This document shows, in pieces, positions 17,926 through 26,885 of a DNA stretch of 64,000 nt. The stretch is from contig OZ219866.1 of NCBI GenBank assembly GCA_964291675.2, positions 320,001 to 384,000 on the forward strand, in the 5' to 3' direction. A model generated the notes under the pieces. It did not search any database, was not told where the DNA came from, and was given only the letters and a program-made list of their open reading frames with translations. The translations under genes and the position numbers were made by a program. Position 1 is the first letter of the stretch. Each line of letters starts with the position of its first letter. The stretch is from Alphaproteobacteria bacterium (lineage in GTDB: Bacteria; Pseudomonadota; Alphaproteobacteria; MPNO01).

Positions 17926-19095
17926 CTACTTCCAGGCGGGCTTGGCGATCGGCTCGGCGGTGCGCTCCTCGGGCGGCCAGACGATGTGCTGGGTGCCGCC
18001 CTGGATCTGCGAGATCATCGTCGGCAAGGCGACGTTCATCACGCCTTCGAACCTGACCGGCCCGTTGATGGTGGCGAAAGCCGTGCCGGCGATGGTCTGG
18101 CGCAAATTGTCCTTGTCGAGCCCGGCCACGGCGACCGCCTGCTGCAGGATCTCGACCGAGACATAGGCGAGCGGCGCGTCGAGGAAGTCGGGGTCGGTCT
18201 TCCACCTCGCCTTGAAGGCGGCGGCGAAGGCCTTGGCCGAGGGCCAGTCTTTCCGCGCCGGCGTCCAGTGGCCCATCGTCAGGATGCCGTTGCGCGCGGC
18301 TCCGAAGATCTTGCCGAAAAAGTCGTATTGCGGGCCAAGCAGCACGACCTGGGTCCGCTGGTCGAGCCCGACCTCGCGCGCGCCGTTCATGTAGAGCACC
18401 GCGTCCGCCGGGTAGGTGTAGGCGAGCACCGCGTCGGGCTTGGCGTTCTTCACCTTGGTGAGCACCGCCGTCAGGTCCTTCACGTCGGGCGGGTAGTCCT
18501 CGTTCAGCACCAGCTCGATGCCGGCCTTCTTCAGCGCCGGTACGACGAAGGCCTTGTTCTCCTGGGTGTAGGGAAGCTGGTTGGTCACCAGCGCCGCCGA
18601 GGAGACGCCCCGGTCCTTGAGCAGCGCCGCCAGCGCCTCGCTCTGCCGGTCGGGGAACAGCGAGGTCGGGAACCAGATATTGCCCGCCTTCAGCTTGCGT
18701 AGCTGCACCGAGGCCGCGGTGTTGCCGACGACGGGGAACTTGTAGCGCTCGATGACGCCGGCGATGGCGAGGTGGAGCGACGTGCCCCAGGGCGCGAGCA
18801 GCAGATCGACCTTGTCGTCGGTGATCAGCTTCTCGTAGATCTGCACCGCCTTGCCCGGGTTCGACTGGTCGTCGTAGGAGACGAACTCGACCTTGCGCCT
18901 GGCTCCGGCGACATCGAGCCCGCCGGCGGCGTTCACCTGCTCGCGCCACAGATTGTAGGACTGGTACTGCGACGTGGCGGCCTGGGCGAACAACCCGGTC
19001 TTCGATTCCGAGAAACCGATCTTGACGGGTTCGGCCGCGTTGGCGGCGATCGATCCGGCCAGCGCCGCCGCGATGGCGGCGAGAAATTTCTTCAT
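17926..19095 (-). CDS. ABC transporter substrate-binding protein (Liv family)
   Basis: Signal peptide MKKFLAAI...; 'VNAAGG' and 'YDDQSNP'. Confidence 0.9.
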   Translation of the reverse strand: MKKFLAAIAAALAGSIAANAAEPVKIGFSESKTGLFAQAATSQYQSYNLWREQVNAAGGLDVAGARRKVEFVSYDDQSNPGKAVQIYEKLITDDKVDLLLAPWGTSLHLAIAGVIERYKFPVVGNTAASVQLRKLKAGNIWFPTSLFPDRQSEALAALLKDRGVSSAALVTNQLPYTQENKAFVVPALKKAGIELVLNEDYPPDVKDLTAVLTKVKNAKPDAVLAYTYPADAVLYMNGAREVGLDQRTQVVLLGPQYDFFGKIFGAARNGILTMGHWTPARKDWPSAKAFAAAFKARWKTDPDFLDAPLAYVSVEILQQAVAVAGLDKDNLRQTIAGTAFATINGPVRFEGVMNVALPTMISQIQGGTQHIVWPPEERTAEPIAKPAWK

Positions 19096-19124
19096 CGTCC
19101 TTTGCCTTCCCTGTCTGGATGCCG

Positions 19125-20189
19125 TCAGCGCGCGACCCGTTGCACGACCATGTCCGGGTCGGCGAACCGCCCCCTGTCGAGGATGAGCTCGTTGTCGAGC
19201 ATGATCGAGCAATCGCGCATCGGCACGTCGTAATGGCCGGTGGTGGTCCGGCTGCCGCCGCCCTGCGAGTTCGGCCCGGTGGAAAACAGGAAGTTGCCGG
19301 CAAACGCGCGCAGCGAGGCGTTCGAGCGGTCCGGGTCGTCGCCGTAGAGCGCCACGTTGTCCCAGCGCGATTGCGGGTTGAGCCCCCAGCCGAGATGCGA
19401 GACCGCATGCCCGTCCATGTCGCCGGCATGGGCCCGGTTGTCCTCCAGCCACTGGCTCATCAGCTTGGCGTCGAGCCCGCCCTCGATCCGGCGGATGAAG
19501 CCGTCGCGGATCTCGAGCCGGATCTCGTCGCTGACGTAGCGGTTGTAGGGGAGGACGACGAAATCGCCCGGGCGGATGACCACGGTGCCGTTCGCCGAGC
19601 CCTCGTTGGGGAAGGTGTGGACGTGCCCGGCGCCCCAATGGTCGAAGCGGCCGGGCTCCTCGGCGAAGCCGTACTGGATCATCGTCGGGTACTCGCCGAG
19701 CGAGACGGTGAGATCCATGCCGTCGTCGTTGAACATGCGCATGGTCTCGGCCTGTTCGAGGCGCTTGCCCGAATGGATCGCCGCCTGCTTGAGCCCGGGC
19801 GGCGCCATCGTGCGCTCCAGGTCGTCCGGATGGTCGACCACCATCAGCACCCGGGTCCCGGCGTCGCGCACCTGCTTGAGCCATTTGGTGAACAGCGGGA
19901 TGTGCAGGCAGACCAGCATGTCGGCTGCCTTCAGCGCCTCCAGCGTGCCCTTGCACGCGCCGACCGTCGCCACCCCGACCGAGGTCCAGCTCGGCACCGC
20001 GTTGACGCACATCTCGTAGGCATCGGCGCCCAGCGCTTCCGCGGCGGCGAACGAGGCCTGGACGTACTCGCGCCTCGTCGCCAGATCGCTCAGCAGCGCG
20101 ACCGTCTCGCCCTTCTGCACGTTGCTGAGCTCGAACTCGGCGCGGAACAGATTGGCCAGCCTGGCCGGATTCAGGGATTGCGGGCGCAT
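19125..20189 (-). CDS. nicX: 2,5-dihydroxypyridine 5,6-dioxygenase-like protein
   Basis: 'YGFAEEPGRFDHW', 'SHLGWGLNP', 'RAFAGNFLFSTGPN' and 'HYDVPMR' closely resemble NicX and keep the His/His/Asp metal ligands. Confidence 0.85.
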   Translation of the reverse strand: MRPQSLNPARLANLFRAEFELSNVQKGETVALLSDLATRREYVQASFAAAEALGADAYEMCVNAVPSWTSVGVATVGACKGTLEALKAADMLVCLHIPLFTKWLKQVRDAGTRVLMVVDHPDDLERTMAPPGLKQAAIHSGKRLEQAETMRMFNDDGMDLTVSLGEYPTMIQYGFAEEPGRFDHWGAGHVHTFPNEGSANGTVVIRPGDFVVLPYNRYVSDEIRLEIRDGFIRRIEGGLDAKLMSQWLEDNRAHAGDMDGHAVSHLGWGLNPQSRWDNVALYGDDPDRSNASLRAFAGNFLFSTGPNSQGGGSRTTTGHYDVPMRDCSIMLDNELILDRGRFADPDMVVQRVAR

Positions 20190-20257
20190 CTCGGCATCCT
20201 CCCGAACGGGGTCCGGCGAACCTTCACACGCGGCCCGGGGTCTGTCAATTTTCGCCC

Positions 20258-21007
20258 ATGGCGGGCGTCTCCCTGATCACCGGCGGCGGCAGCGGCATCG
20301 GCCGCCAGACCGCGATCTCGCTCGGCCAGGCGGGCGATGCGGTGGCGGTCGCCGATATCGACGCCGGCGCGGCAGGCAAGACCGCCGATGCGATCGTCGG
20401 CACCGGCGGCATCGCCGTTCCGTACGCGCTCGACGTCGCCGATGCGGCGGCGGCGGCCCGCGTCGCAGGCGCCGTCGCCCGCGATCTCGGACCGGTCGAG
20501 CGGGCGGTCAACCTCGCCGGCATCGTCGGATTCGCCGATATCGAGCACATCGCCGACGCGGACTGGCAGCGGATGATGGCGGTGCATGCCGGTGGCACCT
20601 TCCATGTCTGCCGCGCCGTCGTCCCGGCGATGGTCGCGCGCCGCAGGGGCGCCATCGTCAATGTCGCCTCGGTATTCGCGCTGCGCGGCCAGGCCGGCGC
20701 CGCCCACTACGCCGCGGCCAAGGCGGCGGTGATCGCGTTCTCCAAATCGGTGGCGCGCGAGAAGGCGCCGTTCGGGGTGCGCGTCAACGTGGTCTCCCCC
20801 GGCCCGGTCGACACGCCGTTCTTCGGCCGCGGCATGGCGGGCGACGAGCTCGACAGGGTGCGCCGAGAACGGGCGCGAACCATCCCGCTCGGCGCCGTCG
20901 CGCGGGCCGAGCAGGTCTCGTCGGTGATCGTCTTCCTGCTCGGCGACGGCGCCGCCCACATGACCGGCCAGGTGGTCCCGGTCGACGGCGGCGAGACCAT
21001 GCGCTGA
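20258..21007 (+). CDS. SDR family oxidoreductase
   Basis: TGGGSGIG, NLAG and YAAAK. Confidence 0.93.
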   Translation: MAGVSLITGGGSGIGRQTAISLGQAGDAVAVADIDAGAAGKTADAIVGTGGIAVPYALDVADAAAAARVAGAVARDLGPVERAVNLAGIVGFADIEHIADADWQRMMAVHAGGTFHVCRAVVPAMVARRRGAIVNVASVFALRGQAGAAHYAAAKAAVIAFSKSVAREKAPFGVRVNVVSPGPVDTPFFGRGMAGDELDRVRRERARTIPLGAVARAEQVSSVIVFLLGDGAAHMTGQVVPVDGGETMR

Positions 21008-21016
21008 TCGAGCGCT

Positions 21017-21123
21017 TCCCTCGATACGGCCCTTCGGGCCTACTCGGGATGAGGGAAAGTTACTTCGGCCTCCGGCAAATCCCCCTCATCCTGAGTAGCG
21101 CCCGGAGGGCGCGTATCGAAGGA
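21017..21123. repeat. REP-like palindromic element (TCGATACG...CTCATCCTGAG...CGTATCGAAGG family)
   Basis: Nested inverted repeats TCGATACG/CGTATCGA and TACTCGGGATGAGGG/CCCTCATCCTGAGTA. Confidence 0.8.
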
Positions 21124-21148
21124 CGCCACAGCGTGGCGCGCGGAATCG

Positions 21149-21176
21149 AAAAGGGGCCGGACGGGCCGGCCCCTTT
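21149..21176. terminator. bidirectional rho-independent terminator
   Basis: AAAAGGGGCCGG-acggg-CCGGCCCCTTT between convergent genes. Confidence 0.75.
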
Positions 21177-21197
21177 CCCTTTGCCGCGAAACAAGCG

Positions 21198-22247
21198 TCA
21201 GGACTTCGGGCGGTGCCTCTCCGCCACGATCTTCAGCTTGCCGTACAGCTCGCGCACCAGGGGGTTCTTGTGCTTGCCCAGGATCTCCTCGCCCAGCGGG
21301 CGCAGCTTCGCGAGGTAGCGCTTCTGGTCGGCCTCGGAGAACCGGATCAGCTCGACCCCCGCCTCCTCCCAGATCTTGTGCGATGCCGCGACCTTGTTGC
21401 GGACCGCCTCGGCCACCTCCTCCTCCAGCTCGCCGGGGATCTCGAGGGCCATCTTGCGGATGTCGGCCGGGAGCTTGTTCAGCCAGGCCTTGCTGTACCA
21501 GGTCGCGGTCGGGATGTAGCCGCCGCCGGACACGGTGGTGAACTTGGCCACGGTCTGGAACTTCAGCCCGGTCATGGCGACGATGCTGGAGCGGCAGGCA
21601 TCGACCACGCCGCGCTGCATCGCCGGCACCACCTCGGTGAAGTTCATCGGCACGCCGGTGCCGCCCCAGGCGCCGGGTATCGCGCGCTCCACCGGGCTCG
21701 CCAGCACGCGGATCTTGAGCCCGGCGATGTCCTCTGGCTTGCGGATCGGCTTGGTGCTGGCATAGGAGGTGCCCTCATAGACGATCAGCCCGGCGCCGAC
21801 CACGCCCTTGGCCTCCGCGGCGGCCAGGAAGGGCGTCTTGAACTCGGGGTCGCGGATCGCGTCGTTGCCGTGCTTCTGGCTCAGGAAGATGCCCGGCGCG
21901 TCGGGCACCATGAAGGCCTGGTTGACGCCGACATAGAAGGCGGGCGGGGTCAGGAAGACCTCCTGCGTGCCGAGCAGGGTGGCCTCGACCTGGCGCGCGA
22001 TGGTGCCGAGCTGGCTCAGCGGGAACACCTTGTAGGTGACCCGGCCGCCGCTGCGCTCGGCCAGCGCCTTGCCGATCTTCTCGCCCCATTCCTGCTGCGG
22101 GTCGTTGATCGTCGCCATGCCGATCTTCATGTGGAATTTCTGGGCCACCGCCGCCGACGGCTGCAGCGCGAGCGCCGCGACGGCCCCGCCGGCGACGAGG
22201 GCGACGGCGAGCGCGCCCTTCCCGGCATATTTCGAACGCTTAGGCAT
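21198..22247 (-). CDS. dctP: TRAP substrate-binding protein without adjacent permeases
   Basis: Signal peptide; 'DIAGLKIRV' and 'PMNFTEVVPAMQRGVVD'. Confidence 0.9.
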   Translation of the reverse strand: MPKRSKYAGKGALAVALVAGGAVAALALQPSAAVAQKFHMKIGMATINDPQQEWGEKIGKALAERSGGRVTYKVFPLSQLGTIARQVEATLLGTQEVFLTPPAFYVGVNQAFMVPDAPGIFLSQKHGNDAIRDPEFKTPFLAAAEAKGVVGAGLIVYEGTSYASTKPIRKPEDIAGLKIRVLASPVERAIPGAWGGTGVPMNFTEVVPAMQRGVVDACRSSIVAMTGLKFQTVAKFTTVSGGGYIPTATWYSKAWLNKLPADIRKMALEIPGELEEEVAEAVRNKVAASHKIWEEAGVELIRFSEADQKRYLAKLRPLGEEILGKHKNPLVRELYGKLKIVAERHRPKS

Positions 22248-22381
22248 GTGGTCGTCTCCCATCGTTGGTCTTCGACGCGCAGACGGCGCCGTCCCGGATT
22301 GCGTCGCCGCTTCGGGGGCGGCATTTTGCCCGTTTAGCGGCGTGCCCGCCAGAGCAAATCGCAATCGCCGGGGAGGGCTCC

Positions 22382-23845
22382 GTGCCGGTCAGGACGGGCG
22401 ATCAATATGTCGAGGGGCTGAGGGCGCGCCCGCGCGCGGTGTGGATCGGCGGCGAGAAGGTGGACGACGTAGCCGCGCACCCCGCCTTCCGGCGCCCGGT
22501 CGCCCGGCTCGCCGGCCTGTTCGACCTGCAGCACGACCCGGCGCTGCGCGACCGCATGACCTGGGCCTCGCCGGCGACCGGCGACGACGTGGCGACCGCC
22601 TTCATGCCGGCGAGCGATAGCGCCGATCTGGAGAAGAAGCACGCCGCCTATCGCGGCATCGCCGAGGCGACGCTCGGCCTGATGGGGCGCTCTCCCGACT
22701 TCATGAACTGCACGCTGCTCGCCTTCGCCGAGGGGGCCGAGGTGTTCGCCCGGGGCGGCGAGCGCTTCGGCGAGAACATGGTGCGCTACTACGAGTTCGT
22801 GCGCGAGAACGACCTGTTCCTGACGCACGCGCTGATGTCGCCGCAGAACGACCGGTCGAGGGCGTCCTCGGCGCAGGCCGAGCGGGACCTCCATCTCGGG
22901 CTGGTCTCGGAGTCCGGCGACGGCATCGTGGTGTCGGGCGCCCGCATGATCGCGACGCTCGGTCCGGTGGCCGACGAGGTGCTGATCTACAACATCCCGG
23001 GCTTGCCGCCCGAGGACGCGCGGCACGCGCTGGTCTTCGCCGTCCCGATCGACGCGCCGGGGCTCAGCCAGATCTGCCGCGAGCCCTATGACCGGGGCGA
23101 CACCGAGCCGGCGGATCACCCGCTCGCGGCGAATTTCGAGGAGCCGGACTCGCTGATGATCTTCGACGAGGTGCTGGTCCCCTGGGACCGGGTGTTCGTC
23201 TACAACGACGCGGCGATCGCCAACGCGATCTTCCCCGACACCAGCCTGCGGTCGTATACCGCGCACCAGACCTCGGTGCGCGGGCTGGTCAAGCTGGAGT
23301 TCGCGGTCGGCGTCGCCATGGCCATCGCCCGCGCGGTCAGGACCGACCGCTTCCTGCACGTCCAGCAGATGCTGGGCGAATGCGTCGAGGCGATCGAGAT
23401 CGTCCGCGCCTGCATCACCCGGTCGGAGGTGCATCACGAGCCGACGCTCGCCGGGTCGGTGCGCCCGGAGATCGCGCCGCTGTTCATGGCGCGCACCTAT
23501 CTCGCGCGGACCTACCCGAGGGTGATCGAGATCATGCAGACGGTGGGCGCGGGCGGGCTGCTGGCGATGCCGAGCATGGCCGATTTGCAGAGCGCCATCG
23601 GCCCCGAGATCGAACGCTACTACCAGGGCGCCGAGGGCATGCCGGGCGCCGAGCGGGTGGCGCTCTACAAGCTCGCCTGGGACCTCTGCGGTGAGGCCTT
23701 CGGCATGCGCCAGCTACAATACGAGCGCTACTACGCCGCCGATCCGGTGCGCAACATGGCGGCCAACTACCTGAACTACGACCGTTCCACCTGCGACGCG
23801 CTGGTCGAGAAGGCGCTGGCGCTGGGCGGGCGGGGGGAACCGTAG
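22382..23845 (+). CDS. hpaB: 4-hydroxyphenylacetate 3-monooxygenase (HpaB) family flavin-dependent oxygenase
   Basis: 'RTGDQYVEGL', 'MGRSPDFMN', 'GIVVSGARMIAT', 'LAWDL' and 'RQLQYERYY'. Confidence 0.85.
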   Translation: MPVRTGDQYVEGLRARPRAVWIGGEKVDDVAAHPAFRRPVARLAGLFDLQHDPALRDRMTWASPATGDDVATAFMPASDSADLEKKHAAYRGIAEATLGLMGRSPDFMNCTLLAFAEGAEVFARGGERFGENMVRYYEFVRENDLFLTHALMSPQNDRSRASSAQAERDLHLGLVSESGDGIVVSGARMIATLGPVADEVLIYNIPGLPPEDARHALVFAVPIDAPGLSQICREPYDRGDTEPADHPLAANFEEPDSLMIFDEVLVPWDRVFVYNDAAIANAIFPDTSLRSYTAHQTSVRGLVKLEFAVGVAMAIARAVRTDRFLHVQQMLGECVEAIEIVRACITRSEVHHEPTLAGSVRPEIAPLFMARTYLARTYPRVIEIMQTVGAGGLLAMPSMADLQSAIGPEIERYYQGAEGMPGAERVALYKLAWDLCGEAFGMRQLQYERYYAADPVRNMAANYLNYDRSTCDALVEKALALGGRGEP

Positions 23846-23870
23846 CAATTCGAGCGAAGCGGGGCGCGAC

Positions 23871-24572
23871 ATGGACCTGAACGGCAGGAACGCGGTCGTC
23901 ACCGGGGGCGCGGGCGCGCTCGGCACCGCCGTCGTGGCGCGGCTGCTGGAAGCCGGCGCGACATGCCACGTCCCGGCCCTGGACGATGCGGAGGCGGCGC
24001 GCTTTGCCCATGCCGGGCACGAGCGCGTGCGGCTCGTCGTCGCCGGCGACCTGGCGGACTGGGGCGCGGTCGAGCGGTTCTATTCCGGTATCGACGGCCT
24101 CTGGGCCTCGATCCACCTCGCCGGCGGGTTCGACATGGGCGGCATCGCCGAGGCCCCGCCCGAGACGTTCGCGCGCCAGATGTCGATGAACGCGGCGACC
24201 GCCTATCTCTGCTGCCGCGCGGCGGTCGCCGCTTTGCGCCGGGCGGGCGCGGGCGGGCGCATCGTCAACGTCTCGGCCCGGCCCGGGGTCGAGCCGCGCA
24301 GCGGCGCCGGCATGGCGGCCTACGCCGCCGCCAAGGCCGCGGTCGCGGCGCTGACCCAGGCGCTCGCCGAGGAGGTCGCGGCCGAGGGCATCCGGGTCAA
24401 CGCCGTCGCGCCCTCGATCCTCGACACCCCGGCCAACCGCGCGGCGATGCCGGACGCCGACCACGCCGCCTGGCCGAAGACCGAAGAAGTGGCCCAAACC
24501 ATCGCCTTCCTCGCCGCGCCCGACAACGCGGTCACGCGGGGCGCCGTGGTGCCGGTCTATGGCGGGGTGTAG
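23871..24572 (+). CDS. SDR family oxidoreductase
   Basis: TGGAGALG, YAAAK and 'NAVAPSILDTPANRAAMP'. Confidence 0.92.
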   Translation: MDLNGRNAVVTGGAGALGTAVVARLLEAGATCHVPALDDAEAARFAHAGHERVRLVVAGDLADWGAVERFYSGIDGLWASIHLAGGFDMGGIAEAPPETFARQMSMNAATAYLCCRAAVAALRRAGAGGRIVNVSARPGVEPRSGAGMAAYAAAKAAVAALTQALAEEVAAEGIRVNAVAPSILDTPANRAAMPDADHAAWPKTEEVAQTIAFLAAPDNAVTRGAVVPVYGGV

Positions 24573-24670
24573 AGCGGTGACGCTTCACCAAAATATTTCT
24601 TACACTCTATCAATTTATGCTTCTATGGCATATTTTGTAAGGAGCTTTCCCCATTGTAAGGAATTCCTCG

Positions 24671-24907
24671 ATGGTCGAGTCCGCAGTCACATCCAAGGGG
24701 CAGACGACGTTGCCCAAGGCCGTCCGGGAGGCGCTGGGTGTTGGGCCGGGAGATCGGGTGCGCTATGTGATTCTGGACAATGGCGAGGTCCGGATAATGC
24801 CCGTGCGGCCGATATCCGAGCTGTTCGGCGTGCTCAAGTATGAGGGGCCGCCGGTGACGCTGGAGGACATGGAACGCGCCGTGGTGGAGGGGGCGACCGG
24901 TCGGTGA
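24671..24907 (+). CDS. vapB: AbrB/MazE-type antitoxin
   Basis: 'VTSKGQTTLPKAVREALGVGPGDRV'. Confidence 0.9.
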   Translation: MVESAVTSKGQTTLPKAVREALGVGPGDRVRYVILDNGEVRIMPVRPISELFGVLKYEGPPVTLEDMERAVVEGATGR

Positions 24908-25335
24908 TCGCCCTCGACACCAACGTGCTGGTGCGTTTTCTCGTCGATGACGATGCGGTGCAGTCGAGAGCCGCTCGCGCGTTGATCGCCGAGCTCTCGC
25001 CCGAAGCGCCCGGATTCGTGTGCCGCGAGGTCCTCGTGGAGCTCGTTTGGGTGCTGGAACGGGCCTATGGATTTTCCCGGGACCGGATTGCCTCGGTCCT
25101 CGAAATCCTTTTCGGAACTCCGGCTCTGCGCATCGAGGTAGCGGACGACGTGATCCGCGCCGCATTTGGATACCGTCGTGGCGGCGCGGAGTTCGCCGAC
25201 CGGATGATCGCCGCTGCTGCGCGGCGCGCCGGGGCAGCGGCGCTCTACACCTTCGACCGGCAGGCGGCTCGGCTCGAAAACGCAACCTTGCTGGCAGCGG
25301 ACGGCCCCGCATCGACGGGCGGCGCCGACGCGTAA
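24904..25335 (+). CDS. vapC: PIN-domain toxin
   Basis: 'IALDTNVLVR', 'E...VL', 'FADRMI' and 'YTFD'; GTGA overlap with the antitoxin. Confidence 0.92.
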   Translation: MIALDTNVLVRFLVDDDAVQSRAARALIAELSPEAPGFVCREVLVELVWVLERAYGFSRDRIASVLEILFGTPALRIEVADDVIRAAFGYRRGGAEFADRMIAAAARRAGAAALYTFDRQAARLENATLLAADGPASTGGADA

Positions 25336-25379
25336 GCCGTTGCGCCGCCGGCCCCGGCTGTGGCAGAAACCGGGGCGGC

Positions 25380-25454
25380 GCCGCAGTAGCTCAGTGGTAG
25401 AGCGCACCCTTGGTAAGGGTGAGGTCGAAAGTTCAATCCTTTCCTGCGGCACCA
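25380..25454 (+). tRNA. tRNA-Thr(GGT)
   Basis: Acceptor GCCGCAG/CTGCGGC, anticodon loop TTGGTAA, CCA end. Confidence 0.97.
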
Positions 25455-25500
25455 CCTCCTTCTCTTGCGACCCGCATCGTGGTAAGTGCTGGCCCCTGCC

Positions 25501-25593
25501 GGAGGGGTGGCCGAGTGGCTGAAGGCGGCGGTTTGCTAAACCGTTATAGGGGTAGTACCTCTATCGAGGGTTCGAATCCCTCTCCCTCCGCCA
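25501..25593 (+). tRNA. tRNA-Ser(GCT)
   Basis: GGAGGGG acceptor, anticodon loop TTGCTAA, long variable arm, TTCGAATCC, CCA end. Confidence 0.97.
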
Positions 25594-25610
25594 CCGAACT
25601 CTCCCGCCGC

Positions 25611-26882
25611 GTGCTCGCGCGGATTCTCTGCGCGGCCGGCGCGCTGGCTTCGATCGCCTCGACCGCCGCCGCCGAGCCGGACCGGGCGCGCTGGCTGCGG
25701 CTCGCCGTCGAACGGATATGCCCGCAGCCCGCCCTGTCGGGCCTCGATGCGCAGCACGCCCTGCCGGGAAGCTGGCTGCTCGGCGAGACCCGCCGGCCGG
25801 ACGACGGCGAGCCGCGGCGCATCGCCGTCCGCCTGCTGCTGCCCGGGGCCGACGAGCTCGTCGTCGAGCGGCGGCAGTTCAGGGGCGGGCTGCGTCAGTT
25901 CCGGGTCTTTTACGCCGCGCATGACGGCGACCGCGCCCGGCCGTCGCTTCAGGCGATCGCGGACGGGACCTGCCGCATCCGCTCGGGCCGGGCGATCCGC
26001 ACGGGCGGCGCGGGCTGGCGATATCTCGACCAGCTCGACGGCGATCTCCAGACCCTCAAATGGACCGAGACCCTGCAGGCCCCGTGGCCCGCGGGCAGCG
26101 ATCCCGGGGGTGTCCGGGTCGCGCTGGTGGATTCGGGCCTGGCCTACGACCTGCCCCTGTTTCGCGACCGGCTCGCCCGCGACGGCGCGGGCATGCCGCT
26201 GGGCTACGATTTCTGGGATCTCGACCCCTGGCCCTATGACGGCGATGTCTCGCGCGGACCCTTCCTGCCGATCCGCCACGGCACGGCGGTCGCATCGGTG
26301 CTGGCGCGCGAGGCGCCCGGGGCCGCGCTGATCCCGTTCCGCTATCCGCGCCCCGACATGAGCCGCATGGGCGAGGTGGTCGCGCGCGCCGCCGCCGCCG
26401 GCGCCCGCATCCTCGCCTTGCCGCTGGGCAGCCGCCGGGCGGAGGACTGGCGGGAATTCGAAGCGGCGCTCCGCGGGCGCGACATCCTCGCCGTGGTCTC
26501 GGCCGGCAATGACGGAAGGGACATCGACGCCGACCCGGTCTACCCGGCCTCTCTCGGGCTCGACAACATGCTCACCGTGACCTCGGCCGACGGCTTCGGC
26601 CGCCTCGCCCGGGGGTCGAACTGGGGGGCGGCGAGCGTCGACGTGATGCTGCCGGCCGAAAACCTCGCGGTCGTCGATTTCCGCGGCGCGTCGGGCCGGG
26701 CGTCGGGATCGAGCTACGCGGTCCCCCGCCTCGCCGCCCTTGCGGCGAGGCTGTTGGCGCGGGAGCCGGGGCTCGGCGCGGCCCGGCTCAAGGCGCGCAT
26801 CCTCGCCCGCGCGGCGCCGTCCCCCTATGAGCGCGAGGGCGTCGTGGCGGCCGGCTGGATCCCCGACCCGCTCGCGGACTGA
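25611..26882 (+). CDS. secreted S8 subtilisin-like peptidase
   Basis: Signal peptide; VDSG, HGTAVAS, SAGN and GSSYA catalytic motifs. Confidence 0.88.
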   Translation: MLARILCAAGALASIASTAAAEPDRARWLRLAVERICPQPALSGLDAQHALPGSWLLGETRRPDDGEPRRIAVRLLLPGADELVVERRQFRGGLRQFRVFYAAHDGDRARPSLQAIADGTCRIRSGRAIRTGGAGWRYLDQLDGDLQTLKWTETLQAPWPAGSDPGGVRVALVDSGLAYDLPLFRDRLARDGAGMPLGYDFWDLDPWPYDGDVSRGPFLPIRHGTAVASVLAREAPGAALIPFRYPRPDMSRMGEVVARAAAAGARILALPLGSRRAEDWREFEAALRGRDILAVVSAGNDGRDIDADPVYPASLGLDNMLTVTSADGFGRLARGSNWGAASVDVMLPAENLAVVDFRGASGRASGSSYAVPRLAALAARLLAREPGLGAARLKARILARAAPSPYEREGVVAAGWIPDPLAD

Positions 26883-26885
26883 GCG

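Noticed and set aside
24570-24609. TAGAG...CTCTA at the SDR stop codon as a tiny MITE scar
   Set aside because: The inverted repeat is only 5 bp, too short to support
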